Part shown: in pieces, positions 50,538 to 63,240 of the stretch
Position numbering within the stretch: the stretch's first letter is position 1
Layout: each line of letters begins with the position of its first letter
NCBI GenBank assembly: GCA_043228905.1
Contig: JBHGNT010000002.1
Span: 20,212,001-20,276,000 of the forward strand
Source: Azolla caroliniana
Taxonomy: Eukaryota; Plantae; Polypodiophyta
Length of the DNA stretch: 64,000 nt
Reading direction: 5' to 3'
Position numbers and translations under genes: made by a program
Notes under the pieces: generated by a model
Told to the model about the DNA's origin: nothing
The model's input: the letters and a program-made list of their open reading frames with translations, nothing else
Database searches by the model: none

Positions 50538-52782
50538 TGTTGTTCGTGGGCCAAAATAGTAACATATGTGAATCACAATAGGTATTAGGTAGCAGTAGGA
50601 AAACAACGGAAAGCAATCAGAAGCAACCAAAATAAACACAGCCATAAACGTGGAAGGAGAAGGAGTGTGCCAAGGAACATCTATATAAGGAACAACAGAT
50701 CGAAGGAAGAAAGGAGAGACATATAGGAGAGAAGTCTGAGGTTATTACGTAATTAATAATACTACAGTGTATCTGATACATTCTGGTAGATAGTCGTGTA
50801 ACTGCAATCATTACTCATTCCGTAATCTAAACAGTGTTGGGTCTATGTTGTGTCATTGTTCGCTTTTAATAATTGTTAAGTAATCTATCTCTCCCTATCG
50901 TGTATACATAAGCCGAGGCTTTCTCTTACGTAATTTGTAGGGTGACATCCCGTTTCGTAAAAGCGATCTGACCACCACGTACCACAATCCTTTGGTCCGA
51001 TTCCGGTTAGGAATCGAAGGTGTAGCCTTTGGAGAGGAAAGCAACACAATTTGGCACGCCTGGTTCACGTTGTCTAGCACAATGAACTCACGTGGTGGTA
51101 ATCCTAGTCGCTAGTACGACGCCCAACAGAAGTACTCGCTCTCGGCCACCGTCTCACCGCACAGAACCTGCGAAGGAGACGACCAATTTCGTGCTCACAC
51201 ATCATTCGTCCCCGTAATCGCGAGCTTCGCCACTAGTAATCCTAGACTCACAGTCACATATCGGTCCCGATATTGCTACCCCTCCATGTCCTTTGAAAGT
51301 CTCACCTCCACCAGAGCGCAACCGTTCTCGGCCCTTTCGGACGACCCAGATCTTGACACAATGTCGTATCACCCCTATGTCCACTACACGGATGGCCCGG
51401 ATACCGAAGCACACATCTGCTCCTTTCTCAACATGTGGCAAGCCAACCATTCGACACAACGGCTCACGGACGTGGAGATCGATGCCTCCAAAATCACCGA
51501 ATTCACTCTCTCCCTTGGCGGCCCCGATGCACGTTGGTATTCCCGGCACGATCCTAGGGAGTTCACCATATTCCAGGACGTACGCATGCAGTTTCTGGAT
51601 TTATTCCACTGAGAGATTTCCAAACGGGAATTGCTTCGGCAATTTTACACAATTGCACAGGCACCCAACGAAACTGTATCCCAATTTGTTCTTCGATTTC
51701 AAGATCTCTACCGCCAACTGGCACATGATATCTCAGCAAACCATCTAAAGGATACGTTCCTGGCCGGCCTCCGTGAGCCTTTACGCACGACGTTGGCTCT
51801 CACAGATTTTTCACAACAAACCATCGAACAAGTGGTTGCCCGTGTTCTTGCGCTGGATAGGGCACATCATAACAATTAATTCGCAATGGGCACGCTTCAA
51901 ACAGCCTTACCAACGACTGAGGAAACACAGTTCCAACAAGCGCTACAATGCACGATATGCGCCAGATCTGGGAACTCCGCCCTTGATTGTCCTTCATGAC
52001 CACACTGCCCCATCTGCCATTCATGGGTCCACACGGTCGAGCAATGCGAATATAATATGATGAACCGAACGAACATGACCCCAATTCACCAAATTGAGCC
52101 TCATACCAATTAGGCGCAACCACCCCCACCGAACAGAGAGGCGACACGGCCGTGGGAAGAAAACCGGTCACAGTACAACACGGGGGGTACCTTTGACACA
52201 ACGTGTTACAATCAAGAAAACCAATATCGTGTCGAGCCTTGTTGCTACCCCAATCAACCGCACCACACGAATGAGCACTGACACTATCATCAGGATCACC
52301 ACCACTGCTGCAGGGATTACGACCACGATGCCCCACGGAATTATCGTGGCTTCTGAAATAATCGCGGTTTCCATAATTTCAGCAACTGTCGACACTTTGA
52401 CAATCGTTGTCGTGATAATCAACGCGACAATAACTGGTGCAACCCCCCAATGGAGGCTTGGGGCAACCCTCCATAGGGATATTCCTTGCAGGGACGGGAG
52501 GATCAACCACAAAATCCACCACAATCCCACTTCGAGCACGACAACCCCAGTACCTCGACACCCATCACCTGCTTTAAGTGCAATCAACTAGGCCACTACG
52601 CCAACGAGTGCCCCACCAACAATAGGGGCAAAGCACCATCAGTAAACATGATCACGGTCGACGTGCATCAGGTGACCACACGCAGTAAGACCACGCATCA
52701 ATCACAGTGGGACATCCAGGACTCTGTTCGGCAACCGGCTAAGGACTGGGTAGATGTAGCCAATAACGCCAACATAGACCGT
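50538..52782 (+). mobile_element. Non-chromovirus Gypsy (Gypsy-2): LTR 50538-51046, PBS 51052, degraded gag; related to Gypsy-1
   Basis: tgttgttc...gcaaca, then tggcacgcc; gag WQANHSTQRL..ASKITEF, FLAGLREPLRTTLAL, CFKCNQLGHYANEC. Confidence 0.88.
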
Positions 52783-55058
52783 TGTCGGGGTAGTTGTGGT
52801 TTGTGCGGCGAAGCCGCTGGGACTAAGGTTTAAAGGAGTTGGCTATATATTTTATAAGGCTGTCTCCCCTCTACCTTTTATCTCTCTTCTCTCTTACTTT
52901 TTGCAAGAGCTTCTATACATCCTTTCTACCCTTTCTTTTCCCTTTTATTTGCATATGCACAACTAATCGCTTTTGTGTGCACACACATTGCACATGCACA
53001 TTTTTGACCCCCCCCCCCCCCCCTTCGCCGGTTTTTCCCACTCTCGAGCACGCCACATCACGACAACATAATGGACTAAAAGCCCTGTGTATGTAAAGGG
53101 CGGAAATCCTCTCTAAAGAGGGAGCGTGTAATTAGGGAGCTACCTTTTGTAATACAATACAATCTTCTATGATTCCCGTGTTTGTGTAAGTCGTCTACTG
53201 ATTCAGTGTAGTACTTTGTTGGTAATTGTGGGCTAGTAAACGTAGGATAAGTGTGTATATGAAATCATGCACTGGTGAGATTCGGTTGTAGCCGTCTCCC
53301 TTCACGTCTAGACGATACGCTTTGCTTTGTAAGCCTGTTACACTTTGCGCACCTACGGATCTATTCCTTGCACCACAATCACCTTGAAGTCTACCTCGAA
53401 GGACTGAGAGTAGATAGTGTTCCTAATCGGTAACACTTTTGGCACGCTCAGTGGATTTGTGGTTCAACACAGACGAGTAGCAAGGTATGGATGACTAGCC
53501 GTAGACGAGCCAGAGAACCGACCTGACAAGACCGACCACTGACGAGGTTTATCACTCGCCAGACAGAAGAGCGCGCTACGCGAAAACCTCGCCTCAGCGA
53601 CCACGACTGCTACTTTCAGGAGTACATGGTAGAATCCACGCTCACAGATCAGAGCAACGTCACCACGAAGTCCTGCCGCCACATGACCAAGGTAGTGTGA
53701 TTAAATGCCACAATAGTCCACATTGCGAAAGCAAGAGTCTTCCCCTGCCGATCGTCAACACAACGTCTGGAATGGGTTTCTCATACCCCCGCTTCAACAG
53801 AGAAACAGACGCTACTAGCCACATCCAGCTATTCCTCAATGTTTGGAATGCTAATCATGTGGCGTAGCGGTTTCCAGACGCGGAAGCTCAGGCTTCGAAG
53901 ATCGCCGAGTTTGGGTTAACTTTGGACGGTCGGGTTGCACGCTGGCATTCCCAGATGGATTTGGCAGCAATCACAACCCTCGACCAACTGCAATCGGCGT
54001 TGTTGCGTTTTTTTCATCGGAGGGTGCCATAACGTGAAATAATCGGGCAGTTCTATACCATCAAGCAACTTCCCACAGAATCCGTGGCAGATTTCAGTCT
54101 ACGTTTTCAGAGTCTACGACGGAACCTTACACGGGCCCCGACAGACGAAGAGGCCAAGGAAACGTTCTTAGCAACTCGAAGACGACCTCTCCGGATGACG
54201 CTGAACATGCACAGTGTGAAAGGGGAGACAACAGACATAGTCATTGAGCGAGCATTACAACTCGAATTAGAGGAAGAAGATGAAGGACCGTCCATGGCAT
54301 CGCTACGGCAGGCATTGCCTCAGGACGAGGAACATCGATTTCGCTAGGCCATTCAGTGTACGGTCTGTTTAAACTCTGGACATTTTGCGGTCGAATGTAA
54401 CATGTGACTACATTGCCCAATTTGCCATTCACGGGCACACATGGTGGACCAATGCGAGTATAATATGCTCAATAGGCCCACAACCGTAGTATGGCGTATG
54501 GAGCCACAACAACAATCTGGAAGGAATGATTCAGGACGGCAGGAGGAACATCCCCGGTATACAAATCGGAATCAACGAATGGAACACCAGTATCGTAAAA
54601 ACCGTAACACCGACCCATACTCTGACGAAGAAGATCAGGAAGAGGAAGAATACCAGAGTACCAACCATTACAATGCGGGGGGGGGGGGGTGTTGGGCGTT
54701 GTTACGACAATCGATGACCTACAAACAATCACCAAGGATTCAACAGGGGTCGTCCAAACGGACACAATCGACAACATAAGGACCAACGCCGTTATGACAA
54801 AAGTTTAGAGGACAACCGTCGTCAAGAGCCATGACAAGAATACCGTCAACAACCCTGGAATAATAGGTGACTCCAACATAACCGGGACAAACAAGCAGTA
54901 CAGGTGGAAACTAATACACCTCTGGAAGTGGAAAGAGGTGAGTCCAACGTACTCTATTTCGTGTGTCAACAGCTTGGTCATTACACGACGTAGTGCCCAC
55001 GTCGAAAAGGAAAGGAGGCAGTCATGAATACCATCACGACATAAGTCCAACAACTCAC
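52783..55058 (+). mobile_element. Non-chromovirus Gypsy (Gypsy-3): LTR 52783-53435, PBS 53440, degraded gag, truncated
   Basis: tgtcgggg...ggtaaca, then tggcacgctcagtgga; gag motifs WNANHV, SLRQALPQDEE, VDQCEYNMLNR. Confidence 0.85.
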
Positions 55059-58000
55059 ATCAAGATCCTTCCTTTTGGTCGCCTTGGAGGGGTTTTGCAG
55101 ACTATCTCGAATCTCGTTGGCGAACGCATTGGTCTTGGATGCATCAGTGATTTGTTGGAGTAAAGAATCATCCTGCAACATACAAGTGGCAAAAAGATGC
55201 AATTGGTCGGGTTTTTACAAACGTCTAGATTGTTGAGCATAAGCAGCATCCCCAGGGCGGAGTGCAAGGTCAGCTCGACGAGAAAGGGCATCAACCTTCC
55301 CATGTTGGCCACTAGGTCGAAATACAATCTCAAAATCGTAGTCGGCGAGAAATGTCGACCAACGGGCCTGCCTTCGATTCAAAGTACGAGTGGTGGAAAT
55401 ATAAACTAAATTTTTATGATCAGTCACTACCTGGACACAATGTTGTGTGCTGGCCAAGTAGGGTCGCCATTCTTCAAAGGCAACAATGATAGCAACAAGC
55501 TCCTTGTCGTAAATGGGATAATTGATTTCAAATGCCGTAAATTTTTGGGAATAGTAAGCCACTAGGTGCATTAGGTTGTTGTCGTCTGCCTGGGATAAGA
55601 TGGCACCAATGGCAAAGTCAGAGGCATCGGTTTTGACTTGGAAGGGTTTTGTGGGGTCGGCATGTAGCAGCACTGGGGCAGTGATGAATGCGTGTTTGAG
55701 TGAGTCGAACGCATTTTGTGCCTCCGAGGTCCATAAAAATGGAGTGCCTTTATGGGTGAGAGCGAAAAGAGGTTGTGCTAGGGTGGAAAACCCTTTGATG
55801 AAGCGACGGTAAAAATTCGTGAAGCCGAGGAAGGATTGCACATCTTTAAGTCGCCTTGGAGTCGCCCACGCCTGAATGACAGAAATTCAATCGAGGTACG
55901 GTCGAACTCGCATTTCTCGCCTTTGGCATAAAGGCCATGCTCGTGAAGTTTGGCAAGAACTAATCGGACTTGGCGAGTGTGCTCCTCCATGTTTGGCGAG
56001 AAAATGAGAATATCATCGAGGTAAATGACAACAAAAAGATCAAGATATTCCCGGAATATATCGTTCATCATATGTTGAAAAACTGCGGGAGCGTTAGTAA
56101 GACCAAAAGGCATTACGTTGTATTCGAAATGCCCATACCGTGTTCGAAATGCGGTTTTCCATTCATCCCCCAACTTGATGCGTACTAGATTGTATGCTCC
56201 ACGCAGATCAACTTTGGAGAAGACACGCGCAACTCGGAGCCGATCAAGGAGTTCGGGGATCAGAGGTAGCGGATAGCGGTTGCGCACAATGAGTTTGTTG
56301 AGACCTCAGTAGTCGACGCATAAGCGTAGAGAGCCGCCCTTCTTCTTCACAAATAAAATTGGGGCCCCGGCTGGTGACTTAGAAGGTTGAATAAATCCTT
56401 TCTTGAGGTTCTCATCGAGATACACACGGAGGGCCTTCAACTCTGGTGCAGACAACGCATATAGAGGACCAAAGCATGGACACACACCTTCTTGAAGATC
56501 AATCGGACAGTTGTAGAGCCGGTGTTCATGCAAACGATCAACATTATATTTTTCAAATACGTTGGAGAAGTGTTGGTATTTTTTGGGAATAACATGGAGT
56601 GTGTTAGAAATGGCGCCACAAACAAACCCATCATGGACCGATGATGGGGTAGTCAATTTGGAGTCGACCGTCTCCGAAGGATAGGAAACTAAATTTACCT
56701 TCATACTTTTGCACGAGCATCTTGGCTTGCTAAATGTGATCGAGCGGTTGCACCAATCCACTATTGGATTGTGCGCCTCCAACCACGTTAGTCCTAAGAC
56801 AATCGGATGTCGAGGAGATGCGATCAGGTAAAAGGCGAGCTACTCCTGGTGTGAGCCCACCCGAAGCCCTAATGGGATTGTAGCTTGAGTAATTGCACCT
56901 GACGAGAGGACGCACCCGTCGATGGCTTCAACTGGAATGGGTTTTGAGAGGGCAAACACGACGTCAATGAAGCAAGAAGATGCCCCAGAATCAAGTAAAG
57001 CAACAGACTGAATGGAACTAGAGTTAAACGAAAGCCATACCTCCAATGTGAAATTGCTTGATGATCCGGCAATGGAACCAAGAGAATGTGGGCGACGGGA
57101 GATGTCCAGTTGCATGGCTCCTACTGTAACCGAATGATGTTGTTTTCCGGATGTTGGGGTCCGTTAGCTCGATGGAATTGTGGGCGAGTACTCCTAGGAC
57201 AATGGCGAACGACATGACCGGAGGCGCCACAATACATGCACAAGCCATTAGCCCGCCGAAATTGTCGTTCAACATCAGTCAATGGACGAAATTGGGCTTG
57301 ATCAATTTCCATGGGGATAGGAGCATCTGCCAAAGTAGGCGAGTGTGAGGATGCCTAGGGTTGTATGACCGGGGCGTGGCGTGGAAGTGAATGAGGTGGA
57401 ACCCAAGTCCAGCGCTCTTCTTGGCGAAATTCGAAAAGAAGATTGTCACAATGGACTGCTTGTGAAATCGCTTGGGATAACGAGGTGGGCTCCGGAAAGT
57501 TTAAGAGAAGATTCTTGACATTGCTTCGAAGGCCGTGCCGAAAGTGATAAGCTAAAGCTTGATCATCCCCATTGACGTCGCATGCTAGTTGTCGAAATTC
57601 TGAAGCATAGACCGAAGCTGCATGCGAACCTTGTTCAAGTGCATAAATCTTGTTAAGAGCTGTACGTCGTCGGTCCGTCACTCCAAATGTGGCCTCTAAC
57701 TCGGCGAGGAAGGCGGGAAAGTCCTCCAATAAAGGTGACGAGGTTTCTACCAATGGTGCAAACCAAGCTTGGGCCGGACCGGAGAGAAGGGTGCCCACAA
57801 GGCCGACTTGTCGAAGACCATCTCCATAACGTTTAGGTTGTAGCCGAATGATAAGTCGAACTTGGTTGATGAACCCTCGGAAATGCGACTTCGTTCCATC
57901 AAATTTTTCTGGGAGGCTAACCTTAGGCTCAAGAAACTGTGACAAAGCTAGGCTAGATGTTGGTAGAAGATCGGGCTCTAGGCTAGGTTGTTGTGGGAGA

Positions 58001-58513
58001 CTAGGGTTCGGAGGTTGTGAGGATAGGGAGGTACCGACTTGAAGTTCTTGTAAAGAATTTCGAAGAGCTTCATTTTCAAGCTGTAGTTCTCGTAAGGCTA
58101 CCATTATTTGGCCTAACTCACTAGTTGAGTCGGACATAGCTATGGCTTATGAGAGGGAGAGCTATGAGGATGGGAAGGTGAACAAACTGTCACGAATCAT
58201 AAGCTCAAGAGACAAGCAAGAAGATAACCAAATGGACAAGAAAGAAGATAGTATCAAAAGAAAAGACTCCATAACTGGTGTTGTTCACCTTGAATTCCTT
58301 CAAGGTGAACTCCTCTATTTATATTACATGGCATGCATACTTGTTGCACGCATGTGAATCTACAATAGAGCATGTAGGTATGCATGCATGTGCCAAGTGT
58401 AAATACTACAAGGGAGCAACTATGCACATGATGCTAGCAAAATAATAAGGACCAATTACATACATAACTATGTACTAGATATCTTGGTTAACTCATAATA
58501 CTAGATTATAACA
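55059..58513 (-). mobile_element. Chromovirus-2 (Tcn1/Tf1-like), 3'-truncated: 5' LTR 58513-58188, gag 58137-57121, PR-RT-RH to about 55060
   Basis: EPKVSLPEKFDG, PMEIDQ, CMYCGASGHVVRHC, LLDSGAS, SPAGAPILFVKKK, YLDDIL, TDASDFAIG; LTR tgttataa...cgtgaca on the minus strand. Confidence 0.92.
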
Positions 58514-61500
58514 TGGTCGTGTCAAGAGTTCGAATCTTGATAGGCCGGACCATCGAAGACACCAGAGAGCTGGAACTCCGACGGAAGAGGGAAAGGAAAA
58601 ACGATTCCGACATTCAAACTCGCTTCGGACATGGAGCAACGGACGGACATAAAGAAAGAGTTCGAGGAGAGAATCCTCGATAGCTGGTAGATTTTTCGCT
58701 TTGGGAACTACTCGGAATAGCAAAAAAGGAGTTCCATGATCTTCTTGTGGATCTCGTGAAAAGAAAAAGACAAACTACGGAGGAAAATGCGCCGATGGTG
58801 AATGCAAATACCGTTCTGATGAACGACACTGAAGTGGAGGACGAGATTCCGAATTCCCACTATACAAAGCCACACTGGGCACATGCAACTACCTAGACTC
58901 CGGTCCGAATTGGCAACATCAAAGAGCCTATGCTAGCATTGATTGATCACGGATCGGAGATCAATTTGATGTCTAAGGAGTTCTACCGGAAGGGGAAGTG
59001 GCCTATTAACACCAATCATGGATGGAAGATCCGGGCGGTCACTAAAGCAACGAAAGATCTATTTGTGGCTTGTCCGGATGTGACGGTGAAGATCGGGGAT
59101 GTCGAGATCGACCAAAATTTCTTCGTACAAGATGAGGTCTCACATTCCGTGATCCTTGGGCAACCATTTATCACGGCATCATGGATGGAGACGAAGGTGG
59201 TCGATAGCGGTGCGGCTTTTGCATGAATTCGGAGCCAAAGTGGAGGGAAATCCGTCCAATTCCTAACTGTGCTGGCAAATCATGAAAGGAACAAGAGAGA
59301 GCTCTTGTCCCAAACAAGGATGGATTTTAGAGCGAACTGTTGTAGAGTGGGGAAGCCCTGATACCCCACACATGAAGAAAACTCTCGGACCAAAACAAGT
59401 ACGAATCGGTCCGGATGGGGCATCCACGTACACGGCCGTAACCGGAGGAATGAAGAAAGAATACCGAAAAGTGGAGGATAAGTTACGGTCGGCATCAATA
59501 ATAAAAGAAGACAAAGAAATCGTGGGAATAGTTGAAGAAGTGTTCTATGGGAGCATGCTACAACGGCTTGAAGAGCTCGCGGAAGATACAAGCCAGGGAA
59601 ACCGGGTAATTCTGGTGGAATTGGTCGAGATGTACGAGATCATTGCGAAAATGGCGCCGGATGCGCTCCGCAAAGAAGAAGCAATGGTAAGTATGAAATA
59701 CAAGATCGTGGAGAAGAAGGTGAAACCGGCCGTGGGACCACTACCCGCCGATAACGAACAAAAGAGGAAAGAAGTCTCGGGAGATCCGACACTTCGGAAG
59801 TCCGTGGATATCAGACATGCCTTCACGGATGAGACCCGGAAGAAACTTCGGATTGGTGGAGGTGGTTTCCTTTTACAAAATGAAGAAGAACGATTCCGTG
59901 GGATGTTGGAACAACATGGGAAAGAATTTGCATTCACATCGAAGGAGATAGGGTGCGTTGATCCGAAGATAGTGGAGCCGATGGTGATCTTCACGATTGA
60001 CCATGTGCCGTGGAACCTGAAGTCGATTCCGGTGCCGCGGGCGCATATTCCGAAAGTCATCGACTTGCTCATGGAGAAGGTGGCGATGGGGATTCTAGAG
60101 CCATCAAACGCTTTGTACTCAAATCAATGGTTTACGGTTTTGAAGAAGAATGGGTCACTCTGATTTATCCAAGACTTGCAACCGGTGAACAAAGTCACGA
60201 TCTGGAACTCCGGAGTCGGTCCGATAGTGGACGAATTTGCGGAAGCATTTGCCGGTCGTGCGATATATTCCATCGGAGACCTATACTCAGGGTATGACCA
60301 ATTCCAACTACCCGTGGAGAGCCGAGACATCACTACCATGCAGACACCGATAGGATTAGTCTGAATGTGCACACTGCCACAAGGAGCGACAAACTCGGTT
60401 GCACATATGATGAACGCGATGAACAAGGTGCTTCGAGATTACATTCCGGAGATAACGATGCCGTTCCTAGATGACATTCCGATGAAAGGATGCGCGGTAG
60501 AAGAAAAAGATGAAACTATGGATGATCAAGGATGCCGAAAGTTTGTAGTCGACCATATTCGTGATTGCGAGAAAGTGCTTCTAAAGTTAGAAGATGTGCA
60601 CCTAACACTTTCCGGGGAGAAATCGGCATTCGGGCAAGAAGAAATATTGGTAGTCGGACATCTATGTGGGCCCTACGGCCGAAGACCGTCACCAACCAAG
60701 ATCAATGCGATTCAAGCTATGAAAGAAGTATGTGAGTCACAAACCGAAGTCCGAAGGTTTCTTGGAGCATGTGCATTCTATCACATATGGATTCCACATT
60801 ATGCACATATTGCGGACCCACTCTATCACTTGTTGTGGAAGGGTAAGAAGTTCGAATGGAAACCGGAGCATACAAAAGCCGTGAAGAAGCTCAAGAAATT
60901 ACTACACAGGGCAAAAGAACTAAAGAAGCCGAACTATGATCGACAGATCATAGTAACGGTTGACACAAGTCCAACCGGAATCGGATGGATCATCAATCAA
61001 GCCGACTCGGATGGTTTGCGACATCTGATCCGATTCGGAGCAAAGGTTCTCAACGAAAGGCAACGCGGGTATGCACAAGTCAAAAAAGAATTATGGGGAT
61101 TTGTGTCGGCAATAAAATCAGATTGAGATTATTTGATCGGAGCCGAAGTAGTGATCGAAACGTATTGTCTTCCGATACTCGGGATGATGTGGTGTTGCAC
61201 GATACCGGATGTGGCTATGCTAAGGTGGATTGCATATGTTAAGTCACTTAATCCGGAGGTATGACACATCTCCGAAAAAGACAACGCGGTAGCGGATATG
61301 CTATCAAGGGCGCGGTTCGGAGATGACATAACCAAATCTGATAATGAAGAAGTTTCCGAAGACTACTTTGCTTCGGAGCACATATGCCAAGTGAACGTAA
61401 TCCGAGAATTTCGGGAAGAAGAATATGAGGGAGAAAGGTTGTTGATCGGGAAAGTGCTACAAGAAATCAAGGAATCATCGGACAATAAAGAGAAGAGAGC

Positions 61501-63240
61501 CGAGATCCGAAGTAAGAAGAGGCAAGTCCGAAAGTTCTTCTTGAAAAATGGATTAATATGGAGGGAGCCGAAAAGATCGGATGGCATACCACTTCGGGTA
61601 GTCAGGACGAAAGAGCAACGAAACCGGATAATGTTCGAGTTTCACGAATCCGATTGGGTTGGACATCGAGGAATATGGGCAACTTTTGTGAAAATCAAAC
61701 AAAAATATTGGTGGAAGAAGATATAGTGGAATTCATGGAAAGTTGCAAGAAGTGTCAAATCTACTCCGGAGTTCGACACCAAGATGATTTACATCCGACA
61801 TTCTCACCGACAATCAACTTCAAATGGATGGTCGACATTGTATCCATGCCAACCGGGATCAGACAAAAGAAGTACTTGGTGTTAGCTCGGGAAGATATCA
61901 CAAACCAAGTAGAAGGTCGAGCACTACGAAGGAAAACGTGTTCTGCGGTATGCCAATTTCTTTTGGATGAGGTGTTTTGCAGGTACGGGTGCGTAGGACA
62001 AGTGATTGCGGAACAAACGCCGGTTCGATACAAAGCACCGACTACGACTGCGGAAGATTGAAGAAAGAGATTGGGTGATTGTCTATGATAGTAGTTTGGA
62101 TCATCAACATACAACAATACGGAAGTTCGCTAAAAGGTGGTTCAGGCCATACGAAGTTCGGAAAGTTTTTGACAACGGAACTTACCGACTATGCGAGTTG
62201 GATGGAATAGTACTACGGGTGCCTATAGCGGGGAAACAGGTGAAGATTTTCAAGAAGCGAACTGACAAAGAACCTTATGTAAGCTTAGACAAGACCGACA
62301 ACAAGGAGCAATCAGACAAAGATCGCGGTGATGCGGAAAGTGAAGAAAGTGGTCTTCAATTGATAATCGACATACGGGAAGAATCGGAGAGTGCTACGGA
62401 TGAAGAGGAACAACGAGCATCGGGAACTTCGGCACATACCGGAGGATGTGCAGGTTTGGAGGGGGCGAGTGTCGTAGTGTAATTCGCACACTACGTGAAA
62501 ATTATATTTTTGTCCCTTCGAATAGAATCGGCAATGAGGAATCGGTAAGGAGGAACTGGTGAGAACCTGATGAAGGATGGAATTGGTAAGGAGGAACCGG
62601 TGAGAACTGGATGAAGGATGGAATCGACAAGGAGAACCGGTAAGAACTGGATGAAAAGACAAATTTGTAAATAGAAGAAAAGATTATTACATGCATAGGG
62701 CAGGATTCGAACCTTGTACCTCCATGTTAACGATTTTTTAGCCTTACCATTATACTAACATATTATGAATTTTAAAGTTATATTAAACTTTATCCCATGT
62801 AAATATTCTAGATATGCATGGTACAAAAAGTTATTCATGCATACACACTCGAGTTAAAAGAAAAGATGGGATAGAAAGCTAATCATGCACATGCAGTGTG
62901 CATGAAAACTAAAGTTAGGAAAAGCATGATGCTTGCATGTGATAAACTTACACTCTTCCAACACTATATGAGGAAGAGAGAAAGATGTATCGAGGTTGTT
63001 GATTTTTGATAAGGATTGATTAATACAAAATATTCATGGGATTCACGATTTTACCATCTAATTCTCTCATACAATCTAAGTATCCATTAATACATTATAC
63101 TCGTGGGATTCACGAGTTTCACATCTCCATCTTGTAATCTATTTGTAACAAAAACTATCTCATATTCTTCTTCTCCTAGTCCAAAACCTCAGTGGTTCCC
63201 ACCCGACTCACGCAACGATCTGGCGCCGAAAGGCACGACA
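58514..63240 (+). mobile_element. Divergent Ty3/Gypsy (Gypsy-4), 5'-truncated: PR-RT-RH-INT with an internal integrase deletion near 62010, PPT, 3' LTR about 62470-63240
   Basis: LIDHGSEINLM, GDLYSGYDQ, LPQGATNS, FLDDIPMKG, VTVDTS, KELWG, WMVDIV, FRPYEV; ggagggggcgag followed by tgtcgtag...gcacgaca. Confidence 0.85.
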
